A stretch of 32,000 bases of DNA from Dehalococcoidia bacterium (lineage in GTDB: Bacteria; Chloroflexota; Dehalococcoidia; Lucifugimonadales; JAAXIE01), in the NCBI GenBank assembly GCA_965263155.1, contig OZ253586.1:2499171-2531170 (forward strand), written 5' to 3'. How positions within the stretch are numbered: position 1 is the stretch's first letter; each line of letters starts with the position of its first letter. Positions 25,040-32,000 of the stretch are shown here, in pieces. The notes under the pieces are model-generated. The model saw only the letters and a list, made by a program, of their open reading frames with translations, did no database searches and had not been told where the DNA came from. The position numbers and the translations under genes are program-made.

Positions 25040-28000
25040 ATGACCGGGGTACTGCGCTTGCCAAGAAAGCTTTTGTCCGCAGGCATCGTTTGGGCTCTAC
25101 TCTTGCTGTTGCTGGCCTCAGGTGACGCTCGGGCCCAGAGCGTGCTCGCAGCGCCCACCATCGATTCGGTCACTGCGGGCGACAGCCTGCTTACCGTTGC
25201 TTGGACGGCCCCTACGGGCGAGTCGGGCATCATCGCCTACGACTTGCGTTACATCCAGACCTCCGCTGCGGACAAAGCCGACGACAAGTGGAGCATATCG
25301 CAGGACGTTTGGGCCACGGGTGCCGGGGATCTACAGTACCGCATCCTCCCATTGGAAAACGTTGGCTACGATGTGCAGGTGCGAGCCATAAGGGGAAGCA
25401 CCGACGGCATGTGGTCGCCTACCTTCATTGGCACGCCTACTGATCATGGAGACAGCCGTGGAGGAGCCACAGAGCTGGCCCTGAACGCGTCAGTCGTTGG
25501 CTACATCGACTCAACCAGCGATGACGACTACTTCAGCATCACGCTGTCGGAGGAGTCCGGCGTCTTCATCTATACCACCAGCTACATCACCGGGTTTCTT
25601 GCGACGACCGGGGAACTCCAGAACAGCGTCGGTACGACGATCAAGTCCGACGACAACGACTCCCTGTTCAGGCAGCACGGGCAGCAACTCTTTCTATGGG
25701 ACACGCTATCCGCTGGGACCTACTTCGTCAAAGTCGAAGCCTCTGAGACGGGGTATTACACCCTGCACACGCAGACCGTCCCCGATGGGAGCAGTAAGGA
25801 TGAGGCGGTCGATGTGAGCCTCAACGGCTTTGCCAACGGGATCTTGGACCCAGCGGCAAGCGATAAGGACTGGTTTAAGGTCGAGATCTCCCAGACCACG
25901 GACTTGATGCTCCGGGTGACCCGCGCCAATTCAGGAGTAGATACCGAAGGGACGTTATTTGACAGCGACGAAAAGGAGATCGCCGTCCACGATGACAGCT
26001 TCCTTGAAGGTGATTTGCGCTGGCAGTTCATCATCCGCGAGAAGCTGGACGCCGGGGTGTATTACCTCAAGGTCAGGAGTTCCCCCGGAGGGTCCTATCG
26101 CAGTTGTGACGAAGATGCGAAGTGCTCCGAGGAGATCTCCAAGAGCGCCGCGACTGACCCCGGACCCTACATGATGCACGCCGAGGCCGTGACGGCTCCC
26201 GGCAGTTCCACCGGCTCGGCCCGTGCCCTCACTTTAGGCCAGAACGAGGTGGCGGGCGGAAGAATAGACCGGGCCAACGATACGGACTATTTCAAGATAA
26301 CCGTGAGTGAGACTACCCATGTCCGTGTGCGGGTCGCAAGTGCGACTCTCGAGACCGACGTGGCGCTGCTAGACACCAGTCGCCGCGAGGTTGGCACGCT
26401 CCAGTCAGAAAGCGATTACGTTCCTGGGAGACTCGGAGGCCTTCTCTACGGCACCCTCAAGACGGGTACCAGCTACATCAATGTGACTGCCGAAGACCGC
26501 AAGGAGACGGGGGCGTATGCCATAGTGGTGTACGAAGACACGCTGTATGCGGGATTCTTGGACCGCTGCAGCGCCATCTCAGCCAACTACAGCGACCCCC
26601 TTTATGGGTGTCAATGGCACCTGAACAACACGGGCCAGAACAGCGGGGCTGGCGCGGGCACCGAGGGCGAGGATATCAATGTGGAGGAAGTGTGGGACGC
26701 TGGCAACCTTGGCGAGGGCATCAATGTCGCAATAGTCGACAACGGCTTGTACTACGAGCACGAGGACCTGACTGCCAATGTCAATCGCTCACGCAACTAT
26801 GACTACACTGGGGAGGGCGACGTATTCGAGCGCTACCTCACCCATGGTACCCGTATAGCCGGCATCATTGCTGCCCGTGACAACAGTATCGGCGTCCGTG
26901 GAGTGGCGCCGCGGGCCACGGTGTACGCCTACAACTGGATTCGCAATCCGACTTTCGCCAACCTCGGCGATGCGATGACCCGCAATATGTCCGACACTGG
27001 TGTGTCCAACAACAGCTGGGGTCCCCTAGCGTCTCCCAGACCGGCCCGTGTCCCCAGCCTCTGGGAGCTAGCGGTGGATGCTGGCGTCTCCAAGGGCTTT
27101 GGTGGCAAGGGGGTCTTCTACGTCTTCTCGGCGGGCAACGGGGGGCGAAGCAGTACGGGGGACTACTCGAACCTCAACGAGTACGCCAACTACTACGCCG
27201 TGACCGCGGCCTGCGCAACCGACAACTTGGGAGAGAGGGCCGCCTTTTCTGAGGAAGGTCCCAATCTTTGGGTCTGTGCTCCATCAGAGGGCGACGGGCG
27301 TCAAGGCATAACCACCACCCAGAACTACAACCGCTATGACGGGTCTACCGGGGGCACCTCATCGGCCGCTGCCATCGTGTCGGGTGTGGCTGCCTTGGTG
27401 CGCAAGGCTAATCCCAACCTTACTTGGCGGGACGTGAAGCTGGTCCTGGCAGGTTCCGCCCGCAAAAACGACTCCACTAATTCCGGCTGGGAGACGGGTG
27501 CCACTAAGTACGACTCTACCACCGACACTGACACCTATAACTACAACCACGAATACGGCTTTGGTGTAGTCTACGCCAAGGCGGCGGTGGACTTGGCCGA
27601 AGGCTGGACCTTGCTGCCTCCCATGAGGGAGGTCACCGGAGGTACCGTCGACGACCTTGACCTGAGCATTCCCAACACCAACTCGGCCGTCCCTAGCGCT
27701 GTGACCGTCGGGGCTGGAGTCGACTTCATTGAGTTCGTGGAGGTCAACGGTGTTTTCGACCACCTGTCCTTCCGAGACCTGAGGGTGGAGTTGGTGTCAC
27801 CTTCCAACAAGACATCCGTGCTGAGTGTACCCTTCACCTCTGACGAGAATTATCCCTTGACCACCAGTTTCCGTTTCGGCTCCGCACGTCATTTGGGAGA
27901 GAGCGCGACAGGCACTTGGACTCTACGCCTTACCGATACAGAATCTGGCAGTGAAGGCTCCCTCCTCTCCTGGAGCCTTACCGTTTATGGCCATTCAGAC

Positions 28001-31000
28001 CCCTTGGCAGCCCCGACCGCCACCTCGGTCACTCCCGGCAGTAGTTCCCTCACTGTCGCTTGGGACGTCCCAGACGGAGCAACGGGCATCACCGCCTATG
28101 ACGTGCGCCACATCGCCAGCGATGCCACAGACAAGGCCGATGACCAGTGGACCGTGATCTATGACGCATGGGCATCCGGGTCCACCAGCCTGCAGTACAC
28201 CATCACCAGCCTCACTGATGGGACTGGCTACGACGTACAGGTGCGGGCGGTGAAGGCGGGCGTGGATGGTGATTGGTCGGATACGGTCGTGGGTACATCG
28301 GGAACCTCGGCGGCCACGGTACCGACCATCGGCTCTGTGCGCCCCGACGACAAGGCCATCCTCGTGTCCTGGTCTGCTCCCACCAGTACCACGTACACCG
28401 TCACGGCCTACGATGTACGCTATATCCGCAACGATGCCACCAGCAGGACGGATAGCGATTGGAAGGTGGAGGACGACGCGTGGACCACCGAAGACGGTGA
28501 CCTGTGGTACGCCATCACTGAATTGGACAACGGGGTGATGTATGACGTGCAGGTGCGGGCCGTCACAACCAGTGACGGAGATTGGTCACCGCCTTTTAGC
28601 ACGAGCCCCTCTGACTATGGCGGAAGCTTGGACACGGCAACAACTCTTGTGCTGGAAACTACTTCTTCAGGGCGGATTGCCCCACTTGGCCACAACCGTT
28701 ACTGGGGTGAGCTGGAAGATGGAGGCGACACCGACTATTTCAAGTTCGAGCTCACTTCCACACAGGTTGGAACCGGTGCCGGGTTCTGGCTGTACACCAC
28801 AGGCGACTTGGACACTGTGGGCAACCTGCTCGATAGCAACGGTCTGCTTATCGAGGCCAATGACGATGGCAGGGTGTTGCCGAACCCAAGGGACTTCTTC
28901 ATGTGGCGCACCATGACAGCAGGTACGTACTACCTCAAGGTCAGCGGCTACGAAGGCGCCCAAGGGCCCTACACTCTCAGGCTGCGAACATTCACCGACA
29001 CTAGTAGTCGGAGCAATGCGGTCGAACTACCCTTGGACGGCTCAGCAAGAGGCATGCTGGACCCTGAGGGTGACGAGGACTACTTCAAGCTAGTAGTGCC
29101 CTCGGACGACACCGAGGTGGTTCTTCGTAGCAGCGGCTTTTTCGATTCGGTAGGCGAGTTGCAGAACAACTCCGGCCGCTCCTTGGAGGTGAACGACGAT
29201 GGTTACCTTACAGGTGGTCTGGTTCGCCAGTTTCTAATACGCACGGAACTCGACACCGGCACCTACTACCTCAAAGTCAGAGGTTTCGACAGCATCATCG
29301 ACGAGAACATCGGCCCCTTCAGCGTCTACGCCACAACGGTGACGAAGCCCGGCAGCGACACCGCTAATGCCCAGGCCCTGACCCTCGGCCGTCCCGCTGG
29401 AGGCAGCATAGACCCAGCGGGAGACGTGCACTACTTCAGCATTACCCTCTCGGATCAAACCTATGTGTACATACGGGCGGTAAGCGAAGACCTTGACGTG
29501 GACGGCGCACTGCTGGACAGCAGCAACAACGCCGTCACCCCGGCCTCGGACCAAGACGGCAGTGGTAACGTAGGCTTCACCATCCGACACCGCCTCGATG
29601 CTGGCACCTACTACATCAAGGTCACTGCCGATAGTGGCGCCGACACCGGGAGTTACACCATCATGGTTATCGAAGAGACCGTCTTCAGTAGGCTGGTCGA
29701 CGAATGCACCGAGATCGACAGAAATGCCGGCATCAATGACCCTCTATACGGCTGCCAGTGGCACCTCAACAACGATGGGCAGTTCCGCGGCGGGGCTAGG
29801 CAGGACATTAACGTAGAGGACGCGTGGTCCAGCAGCTACAACGGGACAGGAATCAACGTAGCTGTGGTGGACGATGGGATGCACTACGCCCACGAGGACC
29901 TGATGCCCAACGCAAACACAGCTCTGAACCACGACTACACTGGCAACAGTGAGATATACGATCCCCTCGAAACCCACGGCACGGCCGTGGCCGGCATCAT
30001 TGCGGCCCGGGACAACGACAAAGGAATGCGTGGGGTAGCCCCTAGGGCCACCATCTACGGCTACAACCTTCTCATTAGCAACGAGGACAAGGACGAAGGT
30101 GACGCCATGTCGCGGAACGCGAGTGTAACCGCGATCTCCAACAACAGTTGGGGCCCTGGGGACTCCGGAGCGCCAGAAGCCACGAACACTTTCTGGACTG
30201 CAGGGGTCCAAACAGGGATCACCGATGGCTTCGGGGGGAAAGGCACTTTCTATGTCTGGGCAGCTGGCAACGGAGGCCGCTGGGGCGACTATTCCGGCCT
30301 AGACGAATACGCCAACTACTACGCCGTGACAGCGGCTTGCGCCGTCAACCACCTCGATGTCCGGAGCAGCTACTCCGAGCCGGGCTCCAACCTGTGGGTT
30401 TGCGCCCCCTCAAATAACGGGGGTCTATCTAGTCTGCCCGGCATTGCCACTACGGACAACGGGAACCGTTACAGGGATGACTTCGGCGGCACCAGCGCCG
30501 CTGCTCCCATCGTTTCAGGCGTAGCTGCCTTGGTGCGTGACGCCAACGAAAACCTGACATGGCGTGATGTGAAGCTGATCCTAGCTGCGTCCGCCCGCAA
30601 GAACGACCCAACTGATTCTGGATGGGAGGAAGGCGCCCCGAAGTATGGCTCCACCACGGACCGCTACAACTTCAACCACGAGTACGGCTTTGGCATGGTG
30701 GACGCCAAAGCAGCAGTAGACTTGTCAAACGGCTGGGCCAATGTCCCAACCTTTCGGAATATGAGCGCCGAGTCCGGCAGAATTAACCTCACCATCCCTG
30801 ACGCCACATCTACCCTGCCGGGCGCTAGGGTGACCAGCACACTGACGCTCCAGCCATTCGTGGGGTTCGTCGAGTACATCGAAGTGAAGGCCCACTTTGC
30901 CCACACCTCTTTCCGGGACCTGGACGTGGAACTGGTTTCCCCCACGGGCGCAGTCTCCAAGCTGGTCCCCCACTACGAAGCCCCACCCGAAGGCCGACGG

Positions 31001-32000
31001 ATGTGGGATTCCGAATTTCGCTTCGGCTCGGCCCGGCACCTCGGCGAGGACGCAGCCGGTGTCTGGGCACTTCGGATTGCCGACCACATCGCGTCGGATC
31101 GGGGCACCCTCAAGTCGTGGGAAATCACTGCCTACGGCCATGGCTACGTGCCCACTAGGCCCGATATCGATGAAGTGACCCCTGGCCAAGGCACGCTGAC
31201 CGTCACCTGGAAAGAGCCGGACGACGCGGGAAGCTCCTCGGTTACGCGGTACGACCTCAGGCACATTCGCAGCGATACCACCGACAAGTCGGACGACCAA
31301 TGGACTGTCGTTGAAGACGTGGGCATCCCCGGAAGTGCCCTCAGCAACAACATTTCAGACCTCCAAGGTGGCGTGGACTACGATATTCAGTTGCGGGCGG
31401 TGAACAGCAGAGGCCCCGGCCCGTGGTCGGCCAGCTGGAAAACGCAATACGACATTGTGGCCCCCTTAAAGCCTTTCATAACTTCCATCACCCCAGGCGA
31501 CCGAGCGCTCGCCGTCACTTGGAGCGCGCCCACCGACACCGGTGGTGAGGATCCTACTTCCTACGACGTACGCCACATCGAGACGAGCGCCACCGACAAG
31601 ACTGACGACGAGTGGACTGTCGTCGGCAGAGCTTGGATCAGCGGCGACCTGCGATACACCATCACCGGTCTCACCAACGGCACGGAATACGATGTACAGG
31701 TGCGAGCTGTCAACTCAGGAGGCAATGGCACCCGGTCTGACACTATGACGGGCACGCCTGAGCAGGCCCACACGCCGGTCACCCTGTCGGTTGAACAGCC
31801 GACGGTCTCCGTCAGCGAAGATGGAGGGAGCGCCACAGTTACCGTGTTCCTCACGACAACTGTGGCCCACGCACCGCGCTCCGACTTCTCCGTAGATATC
31901 AGGGTGACAGTAACCGACCGCTACGAGACCCAGTCTACTGACTATGGGGACCCTTCGGAGTCGACCCTCAGCTTCGAGGCCACCGATTTCGCCCAGACCA
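25040..32000 (+). CDS. Giant secreted multidomain protein with two furin/kexin-type (S8B) proprotein-convertase units; 3' end outside the window
   Basis: In-frame TGA at 25025-25027, ATG at 25040, then no stop up to nt 32000 (2320 codons). It is absent from the supplied track because no stop closes it in the window. All listed ORFs in this span are in other frames or antisense. The Sec signal is MTGVLRLPRKLLSAGIVWALLLLLLASGDARA|QS. Domains are listed in the following features. Confidence 0.9.
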   Translation, partial: MTGVLRLPRKLLSAGIVWALLLLLLASGDARAQSVLAAPTIDSVTAGDSLLTVAWTAPTGESGIIAYDLRYIQTSAADKADDKWSISQDVWATGAGDLQYRILPLENVGYDVQVRAIRGSTDGMWSPTFIGTPTDHGDSRGGATELALNASVVGYIDSTSDDDYFSITLSEESGVFIYTTSYITGFLATTGELQNSVGTTIKSDDNDSLFRQHGQQLFLWDTLSAGTYFVKVEASETGYYTLHTQTVPDGSSKDEAVDVSLNGFANGILDPAASDKDWFKVEISQTTDLMLRVTRANSGVDTEGTLFDSDEKEIAVHDDSFLEGDLRWQFIIREKLDAGVYYLKVRSSPGGSYRSCDEDAKCSEEISKSAATDPGPYMMHAEAVTAPGSSTGSARALTLGQNEVAGGRIDRANDTDYFKITVSETTHVRVRVASATLETDVALLDTSRREVGTLQSESDYVPGRLGGLLYGTLKTGTSYINVTAEDRKETGAYAIVVYEDTLYAGFLDRCSAISANYSDPLYGCQWHLNNTGQNSGAGAGTEGEDINVEEVWDAGNLGEGINVAIVDNGLYYEHEDLTANVNRSRNYDYTGEGDVFERYLTHGTRIAGIIAARDNSIGVRGVAPRATVYAYNWIRNPTFANLGDAMTRNMSDTGVSNNSWGPLASPRPARVPSLWELAVDAGVSKGFGGKGVFYVFSAGNGGRSSTGDYSNLNEYANYYAVTAACATDNLGERAAFSEEGPNLWVCAPSEGDGRQGITTTQNYNRYDGSTGGTSSAAAIVSGVAALVRKANPNLTWRDVKLVLAGSARKNDSTNSGWETGATKYDSTTDTDTYNYNHEYGFGVVYAKAAVDLAEGWTLLPPMREVTGGTVDDLDLSIPNTNSAVPSAVTVGAGVDFIEFVEVNGVFDHLSFRDLRVELVSPSNKTSVLSVPFTSDENYPLTTSFRFGSARHLGESATGTWTLRLTDTESGSEGSLLSWSLTVYGHSDPLAAPTATSVTPGSSSLTVAWDVPDGATGITAYDVRHIASDATDKADDQWTVIYDAWASGSTSLQYTITSLTDGTGYDVQVRAVKAGVDGDWSDTVVGTSGTSAATVPTIGSVRPDDKAILVSWSAPTSTTYTVTAYDVRYIRNDATSRTDSDWKVEDDAWTTEDGDLWYAITELDNGVMYDVQVRAVTTSDGDWSPPFSTSPSDYGGSLDTATTLVLETTSSGRIAPLGHNRYWGELEDGGDTDYFKFELTSTQVGTGAGFWLYTTGDLDTVGNLLDSNGLLIEANDDGRVLPNPRDFFMWRTMTAGTYYLKVSGYEGAQGPYTLRLRTFTDTSSRSNAVELPLDGSARGMLDPEGDEDYFKLVVPSDDTEVVLRSSGFFDSVGELQNNSGRSLEVNDDGYLTGGLVRQFLIRTELDTGTYYLKVRGFDSIIDENIGPFSVYATTVTKPGSDTANAQALTLGRPAGGSIDPAGDVHYFSITLSDQTYVYIRAVSEDLDVDGALLDSSNNAVTPASDQDGSGNVGFTIRHRLDAGTYYIKVTADSGADTGSYTIMVIEETVFSRLVDECTEIDRNAGINDPLYGCQWHLNNDGQFRGGARQDINVEDAWSSSYNGTGINVAVVDDGMHYAHEDLMPNANTALNHDYTGNSEIYDPLETHGTAVAGIIAARDNDKGMRGVAPRATIYGYNLLISNEDKDEGDAMSRNASVTAISNNSWGPGDSGAPEATNTFWTAGVQTGITDGFGGKGTFYVWAAGNGGRWGDYSGLDEYANYYAVTAACAVNHLDVRSSYSEPGSNLWVCAPSNNGGLSSLPGIATTDNGNRYRDDFGGTSAAAPIVSGVAALVRDANENLTWRDVKLILAASARKNDPTDSGWEEGAPKYGSTTDRYNFNHEYGFGMVDAKAAVDLSNGWANVPTFRNMSAESGRINLTIPDATSTLPGARVTSTLTLQPFVGFVEYIEVKAHFAHTSFRDLDVELVSPTGAVSKLVPHYEAPPEGRRMWDSEFRFGSARHLGEDAAGVWALRIADHIASDRGTLKSWEITAYGHGYVPTRPDIDEVTPGQGTLTVTWKEPDDAGSSSVTRYDLRHIRSDTTDKSDDQWTVVEDVGIPGSALSNNISDLQGGVDYDIQLRAVNSRGPGPWSASWKTQYDIVAPLKPFITSITPGDRALAVTWSAPTDTGGEDPTSYDVRHIETSATDKTDDEWTVVGRAWISGDLRYTITGLTNGTEYDVQVRAVNSGGNGTRSDTMTGTPEQAHTPVTLSVEQPTVSVSEDGGSATVTVFLTTTVAHAPRSDFSVDIRVTVTDRYETQSTDYGDPSESTLSFEATDFAQT
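25148..25440 (+). other. FN3 domain 1 (approximate bounds)
   Basis: APTIDSVTAGDSLLTVAWTAP...IIAYDLRYI...W...LQYRILPLENVGYDVQVRAIRGSTDGMWSP. Confidence 0.7.
25441..26540 (+). other. Three PPC (bacterial pre-peptidase C-terminal)-like domains, set 1 (approximate bounds)
   Basis: Each unit has the pattern G.I....D.DYF.I.. (DDDYFSITL, DKDWFKVEI, DTDYFKITV), then D..G.L.D, then GTY(F/Y/I).V, then Y.(L/I).V. Confidence 0.65.
26594..27607 (+). other. S8B (kexin/furin-like) catalytic domain 1
   Basis: DPLYGCQWHLNN. Asp in VAIVDNG (codon 26738), His in THGTRIAGIIAA (26843), NNSWGP, SAGNGG...EYANYYAVTAACA, Ser in GGTSSAAAIVSG (27359). Confidence 0.85.
27608..27994 (+). other. Proprotein-convertase P domain 1
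   Basis: FIEFVEVNGVFDHLSFRDLRVELVSPSNKTSVL...FRFGSARHLGESATGTWTLRLTDTESGSEGSLLSWSLTVYGH parallels the furin P domain (...DLAIHLVSP.G..S.L...GEW.L.I.......G.L..F.L.LYG). Confidence 0.8.
28001..28608 (+). other. FN3 domains 2 and 3 (approximate bounds)
   Basis: SLTVAWDVP...ITAYDVRHIASDATDKADDQW...GYDVQVRAV and ILVSWSAP...VTAYDVRYIRNDATSRTDSDW...MYDVQVRAV. Confidence 0.7.
28609..29680 (+). other. Three PPC-like domains, set 2 (approximate bounds)
   Basis: DTDYFKFEL...GTYYLKVSGY...YTLRL; DEDYFKLVV...GTYYLKVRGF; DVHYFSITL...GTYYIKVTAD...YTIMV. Confidence 0.65.
29738..30736 (+). other. S8B (kexin/furin-like) catalytic domain 2
   Basis: DPLYGCQWHLNN. Asp in VAVVDDG (29870), His in THGTAVAGIIAA (29975), NNSWGP, AAGNGG...EYANYYAVTAACA, Ser in GGTSAAAPIVSG (30494). 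Confidence 0.85.
30737..31141 (+). other. Proprotein-convertase P domain 2
   Basis: FVEYIEVKAHFAHTSFRDLDVELVSPTGAVSKL...FRFGSARHLGEDAAGVWALRIADHIASDRGTLKSWEITAYGH. Confidence 0.8.
31142..31750 (+). other. FN3 domains 4 and 5 (approximate bounds)
   Basis: TLTVTWKEP...VTRYDLRHIRSDTTDKSDDQW...DYDIQLRAV and ALAVTWSAP...PTSYDVRHIETSATDKTDDEW...EYDVQVRAV. Confidence 0.7.
31771..32000 (+). other. Start of a Calx-beta-like domain (truncated by the window end)
   Basis: VTLSVEQPTVSVSEDGGSATVTVFLT......TQSTDYGDPSESTLSFEATDFAQT resembles the Calx-beta pattern (V.V.E..G.A.V.V....... ...DY......L.F..G). Confidence 0.45.

Noticed and set aside
27359-31300. Minus-strand ORFs inside the giant gene (27359..27763, 29744..30211, 30725..31300 and others)
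   Set aside because: They are antisense to a continuous 2320-codon frame with recognisable domains throughout.
1-32000. CRISPR arrays, IS elements, integrases, rRNA genes, group II introns or reverse transcriptases
   Set aside because: I saw no regularly spaced direct repeats, no transposase, integrase or RT motifs in any listed ORF, and no rRNA-like conserved stretches.

Overview
GC-rich bacterial chromosomal fragment. I saw no rRNA, CRISPR array, transposase or integrase. The window falls into five parts.

(1) nt 1-7300 carries ordinary genes: a partial SDR, a small helical protein, a SIS-domain protein, a CE7-like esterase, a long-form Lhr helicase and tRNA-Ala(GGC).

(2) nt 7300-9580 is an AT-richer, gene-poor stretch just 3' of the tRNA. 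It carries a convincing homologue of eukaryotic sterol 24-C-methyltransferase (ERG6/SMT1 type), a tiny glycine-zipper ORF and two copies of an unexplained repeat.

(3) nt 9580-18250 holds an LLM flavin oxidoreductase and a Gfo/Idh/MocA oxidoreductase. These are followed by three decayed gene relics: an NAD(P)H-binding 3' fragment, cobQ with four lesions, and a CMD/AhpD-like fragment with an in-frame TAG. Two orphan ABC substrate-binding lipoproteins and RNase D complete this part.

(4) nt 18608-23732 (minus strand) is a tightly packed four-gene operon: imelysin, a DUF1111 di-haem protein, an imelysin-like paralogue and a full-length vitamin-K-dependent gamma-carboxylase (VKGC/HTTM) homologue.

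(5) Transcribed divergently from that operon is a lipoprotein gene, then a giant open frame (25040 to beyond 32000, at least 2320 codons). The supplied ORF track does not list it because no stop closes it inside the window. It encodes a secreted protein with an internally duplicated module. Each module has three PPC-like domains, a furin/kexin-type S8 catalytic domain, a P domain and FN3 domains. There are therefore two complete proprotein-convertase units in one polypeptide, followed by a Calx-beta-like domain.

The twin-convertase locus, its candidate trans-acting prodomain lipoprotein, and the neighbouring imelysin/VKGC operon sharing one control region are my best candidate for an undescribed system. 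The bacterial SMT homologue is the second most interesting item. All functional calls come from by-eye motif recognition; no searches were run.
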